DNA of 64,000 bases. Source: a virus. The DNA is taken from the IMG/VR virus record IMGVR_UViG_3300026076_000001, one strand, 5' to 3'. A program made the translations under genes and the position numbers. The stretch's first letter is position 1. Every line of letters begins with the position of its first letter. The notes beneath the pieces were generated by a model that saw nothing but the letters and a program-made list of their open reading frames with translations, ran no database searches and was not told the DNA's origin. Below, piece by piece: positions 22,101-32,200 of this stretch.

Positions 22101-24360
22101 AGTGACTAATACGTCCATTAACTGCAATTACAGCAGACTTCTCGCTATTGTCTGCATCGTATATTTCTTCTCCTTCTACAAACTCTCCAACAACGTTGGA
22201 TATCATAAGAATATTACCGTGAGATAAAGTAGCATTCTCAGGATCATTTTGTCCTACAGAAAGACCACCTTCCACAACAGCAGTAGAACCACTAATAGAA
22301 CCAATGATGTTACCACCAGTTTCAAAAGCGTGATTTCCTGTTAATTTAAGTTTAGTGAATAGGATTGGGTTTGTGTATGACAAATCAAAAGTACAATCCT
22401 GTTGACTTGCAGAAGCTACAACATTCTTTGTTTTATCAAATCCATTTGGTTTAGACCTAAACTTAAAGTCTCTTGCCATAGTACGACCAATGATAGGTGT
22501 CATTGGCAATGTATAGTCAAGGATCATTCCGTAGTAAGTACTACCAGTATTATTACCATATAATGTAATACCATTCTGAGATCCACCACCAGCAGAACCT
22601 AACTTAATAGGACCTTGTGATTGATAAGAAGTATGAATACTTGTCAGTGTCGAAATAGGTGCTCTAAGAATAAATTCTTGAATAACGTGAGTTGGATTAC
22701 CACCACTATTCTCATTCATTCCACCAACAGCTACATCACCAGCCCAAGCAAGATTACCATCAGTATCCTTGTTGTACATTAAATTGGCACGTGCAGCTAT
22801 GACATCAACTGGGTCATATGAAGCACCATTATAATGATAAAGAGTTTTCTTATTACCGTTAATTAGTTCAGAGAATACTAAGTCAGATACAGAACTAAGA
22901 TCAATAAGATCTCCATTAGAAGGAGGTGCACCAGCATAAAGCCATACTGACATTATAGCTTCATCATTGGTGTAGATAGTTCCTCTTAGATCATCTACAG
23001 AATATACGTTATTAGTACCATTACCAACACCATTAACACCTAAGAAGGAATCAATAAACTTACGATAAAGATCTACCTTCTTAAAAGGAGTTGATTCACC
23101 ATCAGAAGTAGTGCTAATAGGTGCAGAACCTGCAACTCCACGGAGAGGAATACGTGATAAGCTAGACGCATATAGTCTAGTAGTATCACGATTTTGTGTT
23201 GCTTTTGCTTTATCTAAATCTACGTACTTAGGATCTGTATTCTCTACTTCATAACCACGAATATATGCTTTACCTGGACCTACACTCAATACTAGTTTAT
23301 TAGTAGCATCAGCAGTAGTATGTCCATTAACTAGACCTTCATCATCTGCCTTATAGAAACCAGTACCATCTGCTTTGTAATATTCCTTAACATCTGAAGT
23401 GAATGCCTTAACAACATAGTCTCCAGACTCATCATATGTTCTACGAGCTAGTATCTCTTCGATCTGACTAGGTGCAGTTTGCTTAATCTGCCTTTGGATC
23501 TTACCTTGCTGAAGGTATACTAACTGTACAAAATTCTTATTTGAAGGAGATTCGATTGCAAACTTCTCTAGTTCTAACTCAATCTTGAGTCTATGACCAC
23601 CAGGGGCAGAGAAATTAGAATATCCTTGTGCATTATCCTTAAGGGATATATCATCCTCAGGAGTAACAATAGTCTCTGTGATAGACCAACCAACTTTATA
23701 TGAAGTGTTAGTGCTATACTTACTCAAAATCAACGTCTGGGCATCGTTCTGAACGAAATGACCATTGATAAAGTAAATACCTTTTTGGACGTTTACAGCA
23801 GATCCATAACCCATTGCAGCACTGTCTGAGGGTTTGATGCCATCAGAACCTACTACCAATGTAGGATCATCATCTGTAGTTGGATTCTCTAGCTTAAGAG
23901 ACTCACCTTGACGGAACTTAACATCGATATTATCAGCACCTGAACTGATATACTTAACAAAAATAGTGTCAGCATCCAATGTAGTTTCAAAAGCATAGTT
24001 ATCAACATATGCTTTAACACCAGAAGTCTGACCGACCATTACCTTGCCGACCAGTTGCGAAATATTATATTTGACGAAATTAATTACACCGTCAACACTT
24101 TGAGCAACTTGAGAGACGCTACTTAACTTAACATATTCATAAGTGTCTGTATATGACACTTCACCAGGGATCACCATCTGTCCCTGTTTAAACATACTAT
24201 TACCAACCGACTCCAACTGGTTCTGCAACATTGATTGCAGTTGAGTCAGTTCTCTTGCTTGGATTGAATATCCTGGTCTAAAAAGTATCCTGTAGAAATT
24301 CTTCCCCGCATCAAAGTCGTCGAAGTACGGGGTTCTATTCAGATTAGTATTTTGTGGCAT
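16102..24360 (-). CDS. DUF4815/VrlC-like large baseplate-associated virion protein (2752 aa)
   Basis: N-terminal PYFDDFD..KNFYRILFRPGYSIQARELTQLQSMLQNQ, ARRTYDESGDY, DRFKSGFVVDNF and DPLAQTF motifs; follows gp8. Confidence 0.85.
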   Translation of the reverse strand: MPQNTNLNRTPYFDDFDAGKNFYRILFRPGYSIQARELTQLQSMLQNQLESVGNSMFKQGQMVIPGEVSYTDTYEYVKLSSVSQVAQSVDGVINFVKYNISQLVGKVMVGQTSGVKAYVDNYAFETTLDADTIFVKYISSGADNIDVKFRQGESLKLENPTTDDDPTLVVGSDGIKPSDSAAMGYGSAVNVQKGIYFINGHFVQNDAQTLILSKYSTNTSYKVGWSITETIVTPEDDISLKDNAQGYSNFSAPGGHRLKIELELEKFAIESPSNKNFVQLVYLQQGKIQRQIKQTAPSQIEEILARRTYDESGDYVVKAFTSDVKEYYKADGTGFYKADDEGLVNGHTTADATNKLVLSVGPGKAYIRGYEVENTDPKYVDLDKAKATQNRDTTRLYASSLSRIPLRGVAGSAPISTTSDGESTPFKKVDLYRKFIDSFLGVNGVGNGTNNVYSVDDLRGTIYTNDEAIMSVWLYAGAPPSNGDLIDLSSVSDLVFSELINGNKKTLYHYNGASYDPVDVIAARANLMYNKDTDGNLAWAGDVAVGGMNENSGGNPTHVIQEFILRAPISTLTSIHTSYQSQGPIKLGSAGGGSQNGITLYGNNTGSTYYGMILDYTLPMTPIIGRTMARDFKFRSKPNGFDKTKNVVASASQQDCTFDLSYTNPILFTKLKLTGNHAFETGGNIIGSISGSTAVVEGGLSVGQNDPENATLSHGNILMISNVVGEFVEGEEIYDADNSEKSAVIAVNGRISHFIVPYGGENYGPSNNLELKVGDRQYLSNYIVCSRNIGANGINGQSDYIRNVRFTELGRREIIDTFAVPPMLEVVDTGGTHSAVDENAYVRAVLYTDVIQNFGIEDIRSLGMEHGATSKKFTGDIQYGEPDSTDLKTISNNLQYSGKEDTDYVEATNYSARPGDELVEDDLIQITVDGVTYKYEVYRACNPSTDRPGRIYLKQRLIKGFSSNTITRVRAKIENSGKSTLLLPLANSKIAGTIKSDDDSGITYYSRKQFIEPVTIDGTNNTVSIAAQLDYGQQQFVPFSQGDYVIEVYESGTDTIRYGSLTGDVVQDGDLLYIDSSMVSVTSGSSTNNAGSLVITLPENYFVQSGNLQLTGMKLKMNATIETTKAKPKLKTATKNKRISLTADLDNTIIPLRGDDYDNPTGQVKSFSDVYNLRYVYEGTPGIAPTVDEDGNILGNTGTNITDFFLFDDGQRDNLYDTATIIRKPGVRVPTGTLVIGFDYFKHSEGDFFTVDSYLHENGVPYESIPTVTSLVHGKKSLADVIDFRPLVGTSASIPGYVNASVMDTGSNVSEVYTAGGVTAALPADTKTSIGTPFTFSCSYNYYVDRIDTVYLKKDGTFAVKKGAGSTNPQSSVSLDEAIKVFKIYIPAFTDNLKKVKIFPVENKRFTMRDIHKLEKKVERLERYTMLSVLEQGALNTQIKDGQTGMDRFKSGFVVDNFESYSLSHINSVDYKAALDLTRGTLRPESKETTVSLVEQDKSSTARTLSNYVVNHGVVTLPFTEKVLCQNIFATNTTVVNPFLIFNYKGTVEISPNVDPWFDEHALPSINNNDNQTLDPLEIYDDGENALSQIHNVTQLAVTGNSTEFSNVNSLSSDAPDLPESEVVLASSGSSSNIAAQNTEVPLQQSSTTVGEQTISTAITLYVKEQYIEFHLKRMKPNTRIYPFIDGLDVSDYLVPDRNYSGMPGSSLRNWGDTLVTDDTGAATGVILMPSGRKPTKGTQYEDDIDAITWDETAPGLRFPLGDKKIKFTSSNTNASTAESHAVVTFKAAATSEPTPNDIIALEDVDSADKVDGTQYTENILNPDVSVSDPLAQTFRVESFDGGVFVSSIDMYFSVKDPTLPITVKLTDTISGRPTKNILPGSVSVMESNTYIRAITSGSHTLIHNEIVEGDTSNAQGPLIGVLDSQNQPVPVVNDTYTLGTSQVYTLILGDHNKEDFIAGEPLVLTSLTVANNSRSGDDIVKMQIVLDSGYVSEIVVDDMGDGYAGSTTVTIESPQLPGGVTATAVPQITDQKVYEIQPTLGGSEYTTAPSVLIVSASATQLSSAKAVLKITKPAVRMGVATSDKALIPTKFQFQYPIYLENDREYAVVVESNSTLYQTFISRLGETEINSNSTVTTQPLLGSLFKSQNSNLWTENQYEDLKFDLYMAQFDTTHSGVINLVNMDQGYEPLQSNPIETNALGANTTSSPLFAANNKVVKVLHKNHGLNAGSYVALKDASSVGGFSTTALNRQIFSVLSAGLDFYTVGMSTVAGGSAIGGGLKVKGLGQTKYEKALLKVDSLDFPTTTLETAVTSTLVKPIDSAVTTVDYTPDSALPVILNKEYYFPTQRVVASKLNEKLFSSRLNSQKSFILTATLSTSNPNLSPILSLKNPKAILTSNRIESASGSEERYGRKIQEVELHKTVMLRLQDSAGSPIPLGTTANIVVSNGIGETIKGLTSGTRAILSYWDNSSTPGELYVRITEGDGFVLGESIEFGGSSPYNADLNGSSGSTGAASGNLSLTRPITITGSLPLAQLNIASGIKLANSDDSKTGTVTRWNAENFRLTFTSNDSSFDESDLMGSGAVSDGLYEGGVSIINESFKVPVSIKQVYVSNGYLFTPDRLKNSSNVATYVTKEISIDNPGNSINVVLSAALQEIDDVTVMYKTKRSSQQIFFKDINWSYFNKTGVSDVEVTPSSGTNFSPTTESQSDFKEYNYTITGLKEFSSFAIKIVMKSRNPALPPRIRDLRAIATF

Positions 24361-24377
24361 CTCTTAAGACTCTTTAA

Positions 24378-26195
24378 TTAGAACTCTACGACGAGTTTGA
24401 TATCTTCAATCTGGTCAGAAGCACGAGAGATAGCACGACGGTTCTCAATGTAAATGATATCGCCTGAGTTCTTCGCAATTTCAGCGTTAGCTACGCCACT
24501 TGCGAATACAACACCACCATCTGTCTGTCCACCAGGAGTATTATATGTACTATTTACCGTAGCAGTAGAAAGTGATCCTGCACCAGAGATAGCGTCAGAT
24601 CCGTTACTGAATGGGTAAACAACACCGTTGTGGGTGTGACGATCAGGAGACTGGAAGTACTTAACGATGTTGTATGTTACACCATCTACAGTTCCTTTCC
24701 AAGAAACAACTGTTCCCTTAGCAGTTACAGATGAACCACCAGAGGTATATGTCTGTGAAATTTCCTCGTCAACAAAGAAATCTCCAGAAGGACTTTGTAC
24801 CTTGAGTGCACCAGTTGCACTTAGATTGTCAGCAGTAGCAAAGTCTGTAGTACCGTAGTTGTATGGGTCACGAAGTAGACCAATACGACGGAAGTCATTA
24901 TCTGTTGGGAAGTCACCTTCTCCTTCATCATATGTTAAACGAGTGTTAATCATAACTCGCTTACCACCCAACTCTTCAACTGGGTCAGCACCGTGTCCAC
25001 CCTGAGGAGGAATAACAACCTCTAGAGCACCACCAGTTGCGTCACTGTTAGCGTCAATGTTAGAAGGTGTTGTCAATCCAGTGTCACTGTATACATCACC
25101 TAGGTTAAGAGATGCGTATGTATATCCAGTACCAGCTGCCTGTACACTTGCTTCAGCAATAGCACCAGAATCAACTACTAGTTTAGCGATTCCAGCAGAA
25201 CCATCACCCTTAATTGGAGTGTAGTAAGTACCAGCATCATAGTTAGTACCAGAGTCTGTAATTAGGATAGTATCAATTGCACCATCTACAGCAGCAGAAG
25301 TAACAGCAGTTTCTTCAATAATTGGAAGGAAGTCAGTTGACAAGAACTTCAATACGCTGTCAGTAGGGATGGTGTACATATACTTCCAAATATATGGACG
25401 CTTACCATCAGTTCTGAATCCTGGGTTACCAGCATCTTCTGGTTCGATGAAGATACCAGAGATAGATTGAACCTTAGTAGGTTCTGTAACTGATACTACA
25501 CCGTTAGGATCAGTAGGAGTTTGACCGTTATATACACACTTAAAGACCTCATAGCTGCTATTCATCACATAGAATGTGGAAGCAAACAATGAGGTAGAAC
25601 CAGTCGCAGTAGTCTTAGCACTAGAATAATCGGGCTTGTACATATCGTACACTGTGTTAGCACCGAAGTTATAACGCTTAACCACGAATGTTAAATCGTC
25701 TTTCTTAACCCTTTTAAGTGAGATCATATCATCGTAGATCTCAAACTTCTCTTCCTGAGAGTCAAATGGTTGTGTAGGAACGTTCTCGGATCCAGTCCTC
25801 CACACACCAGCCTTAGCAGTAGCACCACTACCATTACCAGTTACGGTAGTACCAGGAACGAAGTTAGAGTTCTGACCCTGTGTACCATTGACACCAGAGA
25901 GTAGAACAGAATTTGGGAATACTTTTTCGACTGTACCATATACAGAAGCACCACCAGGATATGACGTACCTTGATAAACAATCTCTCCCACTTGGAAAGT
26001 ATTGTTAATAGCATAAAGCTCTAGGTATGCACGCCACTCTTGCGGTCTTCCGATAAAGAAGTAGAGTCTTGTACGTTGGGTACCTGCCTCAGCCGCTGAT
26101 TCCTCAGCTGGTGTGGAGGTTGTTGGTTCAGATAATGCCTCGACGAACTGTTGGGCATTATGTATCCTGAACAGATCAGTGATAATAGCAGACAT
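24378..26195 (-). CDS. gp8: Baseplate wedge subunit (T4 gp8-like)
   Basis: MSAIITDLFRIHNAQQF, LYFFIGRPQ.W, YDMYKPDY, YIWKYMYTIP, GHGADPVEELGG, NDFRRIGLLRDP and YIENRRAISRA..QIEDIKLVVEF. Confidence 0.92.
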   Translation of the reverse strand: MSAIITDLFRIHNAQQFVEALSEPTTSTPAEESAAEAGTQRTRLYFFIGRPQEWRAYLELYAINNTFQVGEIVYQGTSYPGGASVYGTVEKVFPNSVLLSGVNGTQGQNSNFVPGTTVTGNGSGATAKAGVWRTGSENVPTQPFDSQEEKFEIYDDMISLKRVKKDDLTFVVKRYNFGANTVYDMYKPDYSSAKTTATGSTSLFASTFYVMNSSYEVFKCVYNGQTPTDPNGVVSVTEPTKVQSISGIFIEPEDAGNPGFRTDGKRPYIWKYMYTIPTDSVLKFLSTDFLPIIEETAVTSAAVDGAIDTILITDSGTNYDAGTYYTPIKGDGSAGIAKLVVDSGAIAEASVQAAGTGYTYASLNLGDVYSDTGLTTPSNIDANSDATGGALEVVIPPQGGHGADPVEELGGKRVMINTRLTYDEGEGDFPTDNDFRRIGLLRDPYNYGTTDFATADNLSATGALKVQSPSGDFFVDEEISQTYTSGGSSVTAKGTVVSWKGTVDGVTYNIVKYFQSPDRHTHNGVVYPFSNGSDAISGAGSLSTATVNSTYNTPGGQTDGGVVFASGVANAEIAKNSGDIIYIENRRAISRASDQIEDIKLVVEF

Positions 26196-26233
26196 TGTTT
26201 TCTAAAAAGGTTTCTGAGACTGGATCCGAAAGT

Positions 26234-26247
26234 TATTTATATTTATA
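26234..26247 (-). promoter_or_regulatory. Two overlapping late promoters TATAAATA (26234-26241 and 26240-26247)
   Basis: Plus strand tatttatatttata. Confidence 0.7.
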
Positions 26248-29200
26248 GATCTAAATCTGCGGTGATTATATAGTCACCTGCGACATAGGAGTCAGTATTG
26301 GTATCGTTGAACCACATTAAACGGACACCATATTGATCTGATGTCATATTTGTCGAGTCAGCCATATAGATACGGATTATCGTTGTGGCAGTTTGAGCAT
26401 TGACTGGAATATTTTGAGTAATTGTATTCCAATTAGTGTAATTCGCTTGACTGTAGGTCACTACTGACCCAATATCAAAGAATGTAGTTCCACCATCAAT
26501 ACTGTAACTCAGCATTAAATCGTTAACTGCGGAGCCTGGGGCATTACCACCATTGCTTCCGTCACCACGAATCGCACTAAATGTTACCGTATTGTATGTA
26601 GTCAAGTCAGTAGGAGCAAATGTTGCGGATCTAGCTCCACCTGCACCTGAGAATAAAAGATAATTTATGTTGGAATCAAAAACTGTTCCACCAGATACGA
26701 CTGATGCTCCTACGTTAGTAGTATTAAAGTCGTAAGCACTAAATCCTTTTTCGACTACACCTAAAGGATTAACACGTACACAACCAACAAACCTGTCAGG
26801 GAATGCTTGTGTATATGTCATTTTTTCTACCTTGGTTTGATCTGCTGCACTTCCGATAATGAAGCTACCTCCATTTGCGGGGAATCCAGCAGTAGAATCC
26901 ACAAGAATAGTATCTGCACCATTCGGATTATCTAATGCAGAATATGTAAGTTTGGTACCGAAATGTACCTCAGATCCTTGCATATACACAAAGTTATTTG
27001 TGTCACCAGGATCATTAACTTGAGAATTATAAACTTCGGGATTATCGAAATCTTCAATCGTCAAGTTAGGATACTTCTCAGACCACCATCCTATATTCAT
27101 ATCTCCCATAATGTATTGTATTGTCCTACCCATACCATCAGTGTAGTATCCATTGTTATTGGTTGTACTCTGTGGTTGGATTTCAAACTTGAAGCTCTGT
27201 AGGTAATTCAAATGAGGACCAAGGTTACCAGGACTGAATGTCTCCTTAACACCCTTCATTTGAGGGTTGGTACCTGCTTGTTTCTCAACACAACCTGACT
27301 GAGCAGTTAGTTTTGTCTCTGTATGCCTGAACTTAGTAATAGCAACTGAGACACCCTGAACACCACCTGTGCATTGTGTATTAGTGACGTTAGTCTTAAG
27401 ATATTGAACTCTTGTTTGTTCAGGTTTAAGTTCAACAAATATTTGTGGTTGAGGTTTAGTAGCAAGATCTTGTAGATCAATAATCTTCCTAATATGAATT
27501 ATAGGATCATATGATCTGTTAATAAGATATGCACTACTACCAGCATTACCAAATACTATAGAGACACCATAAGGAACAACAGCAGCCCATTGTGCCCAAG
27601 TTCTTTGTGCACCACCCTTCTTAATGGTAGTGAGGTAAGATCTCATTAATGAAGCTGCATTAATACCTACTGGTTCAATACCAAATGTAGTAAGATTCTG
27701 GATGTCAAGAGGGTTCTTACGGATAACGAAATAACCTCTAGTAAACAGGATCTGAGGAGGAACCTTATATCCTGAACCAGCAGAGATAATTTCAGTATCT
27801 GCTATTTCACCTCTAACAGCAACAGCATTAGCACGTGCACCACCGCCAGCAGGTGCTCCAACTGGATCACCATTTGAATCAACCTCAGGCTGACTACGGA
27901 AGATCATTACTGGTGGTTCACGATAGTTCTTAGAAATCTGATCCTGTAAATCATCAGAATATAGAGAAGAACTAAAGTCATATTCTTGTGATATATTGTT
28001 AGCACTAGCATTTTGCTGAACAAATGCAGCACCCAAATTAGCTACACCTTTGTTCAATACATTATCTGTTCTCCAAGCAGCGATGTTATCGAAGTAAGTA
28101 GAGTTGTCTCTCTTAGAAAGTACGATACTATTAACACCACCTGGTTTGAGGTATTGAAGACCAACACATTCTGTACCAGCTACATTATTGATATAAACCT
28201 TTTCGCCAGGACGGAAGTTAGCAGCTACTGGATCAGTATTACCAGCACCATCAAGATATAAACTGAATAGTTCTAAAGTCTTTCTAGCTGGGATGTAGTT
28301 CTTAACTGTACCTTGCCATACTATGCCAGAATTAATATCATTCTGATCATTGTACTGACATACGACATCGTTAGGTAGGAATTCTACACCAGCTTGTCTA
28401 CTAGATGTAAGTGAGTGATATCTCAACTCAGCATCAATACGTGCAACTGCCTGTGCACCATCTCCTTCAATCTGACCAGAGTAAGCACCAACGTTGATAA
28501 CAACTTCATACTCATAAGATCTGAAGAATGATCCAACTGTTGTATCACTATCATAACCAGAAGTTACAAGTGCTTCTCTAGCAGCACGGATGATAGAACG
28601 AGTACCAGCCTCACCATCGATCTGAATAAAGTCACCAGTCTTAAGTGTAGAAGGTATTCTATCCTGTCTATTAAATAATTTTTCTCTTAAGTCAGCATTA
28701 GTAGTCTCTTCAACTGCCTGAACTGTCACATCAAGTAATGATGCACTAGCTCCTCTGTCTCTGGTTATACTTAAAGTACCATTCAACCAGTTAACTTTCT
28801 GTGCAGTAACACCCTCAACGAATAGAAGGTTTCTAGCACCAGGTGCCCAGTTCTGCTTATAGATTCTACCTCTTGCATATGAGTACTCATAAGTATGAGT
28901 GCCACCATTAGGATCAGTAGAGATCCAGCAATCTGCACCTTCTAAAGGAAGAACGATTTGCTGGTCTACAGTTAATCTGAAGAACTTCTTAAAGGTACCA
29001 GGAGGTTCAATATTGAATCCTAAAAGAACACGTTCTGGATCTAAACCATAGAAGTATAGGATAAAGCAAGCAGATCCTTCTGTAGGTGCTTCTTGGAATA
29101 CGATAATATTATCTTCAATTCTATATGCTAATCTGTTCTGCTGGATAACACCGTTGAGTATAACTACAACGTTTTGACTTCTTTCTGCATAGAAAGGAAC

Positions 29201-32200
29201 ACCATTACGCTCTAATTCAAATATAGTCTGAGCATCATTGAATTGAGCTTCAATGGAGTCCATCTTATAGTACTTACCGTGCTTGAATCCAAAGAATTTC
29301 TGTTGAACACCTGGAGCAATAACAGCAGTACTAGAAATACCAACTGTATTCAGAGTTGCCTCACTTTGAACATCTTCACCATTCAAGAACTCTTTCTCAG
29401 TCATTTCAACCTGAATCCTGTTAGGATTGGGGAAGTCTTGAGTTAAAGTTAGTAGATAGTTATTATTGTTATATGCTGTCTCTTTAATAGTTGTAAGGAC
29501 TATACTGAATAATGTTCTGATAGCAGACTCAACCTGTGCACACTGAGGAATAGAATCAACAGTGATAGTAAGATCTCTATTAGCAGTCAAGGAACTGTAC
29601 TCAATAGGCCATCTCTCTGGAATAGTTCTAGTTACACCAGATTCAAATGTAGTTGGGTTCTGTACAGCATTCTCAATCAAACCAACAAATGTATTAACAG
29701 AAGATTCAACCTGTGCACATTCGTTAGATTCCTTAGTAATAGTAGGATCCTTAATCTGAGTTAAACCGTGAGTACCAACAATATTAACTGTGTTGCTACG
29801 AATAACGTTAGCAAGAATAGTCTTAAGATGTCCCATTACATTCAACACCTCAGGTACTGAGTGCTGAATATGCTCTAGATATCCATCTCTGTCTATGAAT
29901 AGATCAGCAGCATCCCAAACCTTGTTATTACCACCATACTTAAGGTTAAAGACAATAGCCTTGAGGATATCTTTAACGTCATCAACACAATCACCAAGTG
30001 CATCGTGTGAAGAAGAACGAGGATATGTGTGGACAGTTGAATGATTGTCCATACCACAAGTTAGAGAGATAGCATCTCCAAAGAACTTGAATCCTGTATG
30101 TCTATTCAACCTATGAGGTCCGATATCCATTGTGATATCACCTGTATAAGGGTCGTAAACGACAGAAGATGGTTCGTATGGTATTGGTACAGATTTACCA
30201 ACGTGCACAGTAATAGTAGTAGCATCTGCTGCTTTAACTACTAAGTTCCTTCCGTAAGAAGGATCTCCTTTACGTGGATATGCGTGTGGAGTCTCATTAG
30301 CATCCATTGAGCATCTCAATACAATAGAGTGCTCTAGTATTGTGACAGTATTAGAAGTGGTTATAGAGTGACTACCAAGGGTCAACACCATATCACCAGT
30401 TGCAGGGTCATATGCAACATCTGTTGGTTTGAATTTCGCACCTGTGTTAACAGTAATAGCATCATCAAGTGCTCTATCAAAGACGTGTGTATATGTTCCA
30501 CCAGTTGCTAGTGAAGCTTTCTTAACACTATTTGTAGCAGCAGATTGGAATACGTGATTGGTTGTATTACTTGATGGTACAGTTGTATTAACGATTACTT
30601 GGAATGTATCATCTGATACATTACTGATCTCGAACCAACCATCAGATCCCCAGTCTTTCTTATGTTTAATCCCATCTGCGACTCCTGAGGCAAAGGTATG
30701 GTCAGTTGCGTTAGTAGATGGAATAATATCTAATACAGTAACATCAAATGAAGTACCAGAAGCATTGGAAATCTCTAGCCATCTGTTACTTGGATAGTCT
30801 GTATACCTAGGATAACTGTGTGTTGTTTGTCCAGCATCTTCAAGACAAGTAAATGAGATTGCATTATCTTCAAACATAATCCAATCACCATCTGATAGAT
30901 TATGTGCAACAGTTGTACGTACGTTTAGTACACCTGTACTAGGATCATAGCTAGTACCTGTATCAGCAGTAAAGGTATCTGCAATTGCTCTAGGATATGC
31001 GTGATCGTCAGCCTGTCCATTTTCATCACAACGGAATACAATAGAACCTACATCAAATTTAACCCAATCACCATTGCTCCATCCGTGGTCAGCAATAGTA
31101 ACTTCCATTATTCCATTGGAAGGAGTATATGTTGCATTAGTAGGTGTCTTACCTACTTGAGGAACAAACTGATGAGGACTTTGATTTGAAGACTTACCAA
31201 CATTACCTACGATAACACCATCTTGCTTGATAATTCCATTTGTCATTGCAGAGACAAATGTATGATCAGTCTCATTAGTAGATGGTATAGTAGTCAAACA
31301 TTGAATATCAAATGTATTAGTTGTAACATTTGATACAGGAATCCACTTATCACTTATAGGATCTGTCTCTCTTGGATATGGGTGATTAGTCTGATTACCA
31401 TCTTCATCACAGGTAAATGTGAGTGAATGATCAATTAGTTTGATATAATCACCATTTGTTAGTCCGTGACCGTATGTTGTAACACCATTAGAACCAGAAC
31501 CTATGAATGTATGAGGAACATCGTGGCTAATAGCACCTTGTCCACCATTTACATTAATTGTAATAGTTGCAGTATCACATTTGAGGACAGGTAACCAAGT
31601 GTCATAGGCATAATCAGCACCACTTGTAGTATTAGCACCTGCTGCTCTAGGATATGTCTTAGTCTGTGTAGTTCCGTTGTATAGACAACTGAATGATAGT
31701 GAATCAGGAGATAATTTAATCTTATCGAATGTTGTTAGGTGATGAGTACCAATAGTCAACTCCATATCACCTGAAGTTGGGTTGTATGAAGCACCTGTAA
31801 CAGTAAATTGTTGAGTAGGTACTGTTATAGTAACAATTCCAGTATCAGGAAGATATGATGCATCAGTAGCAGTAAGAGGAGTACCCTCGTACTTGATATA
31901 AACAGCATCATCATAATATGGATCAGCAATTACACCTACTCCAACTTGTATTGGTGTTGGTGAACTGATGAATGTATGTGTATAGTCACCACCAGAAACT
32001 ATTGCAGAACCAGTAGCACTTACAAAGGTATGAGCAGAGTTGATACTAATAGCACCTTGTCCACCGTTGACATTAACTGTAATACTGTTTGCAGTTGTAG
32101 CAGTAATGTCTACAGCAGTGTTGTAAACGTAGTCAGCACCAGTATTTGTTGCTGCTCCAGTTGATCTTGGATATGTGCTCTGGTTATTAGAGGATGCTAT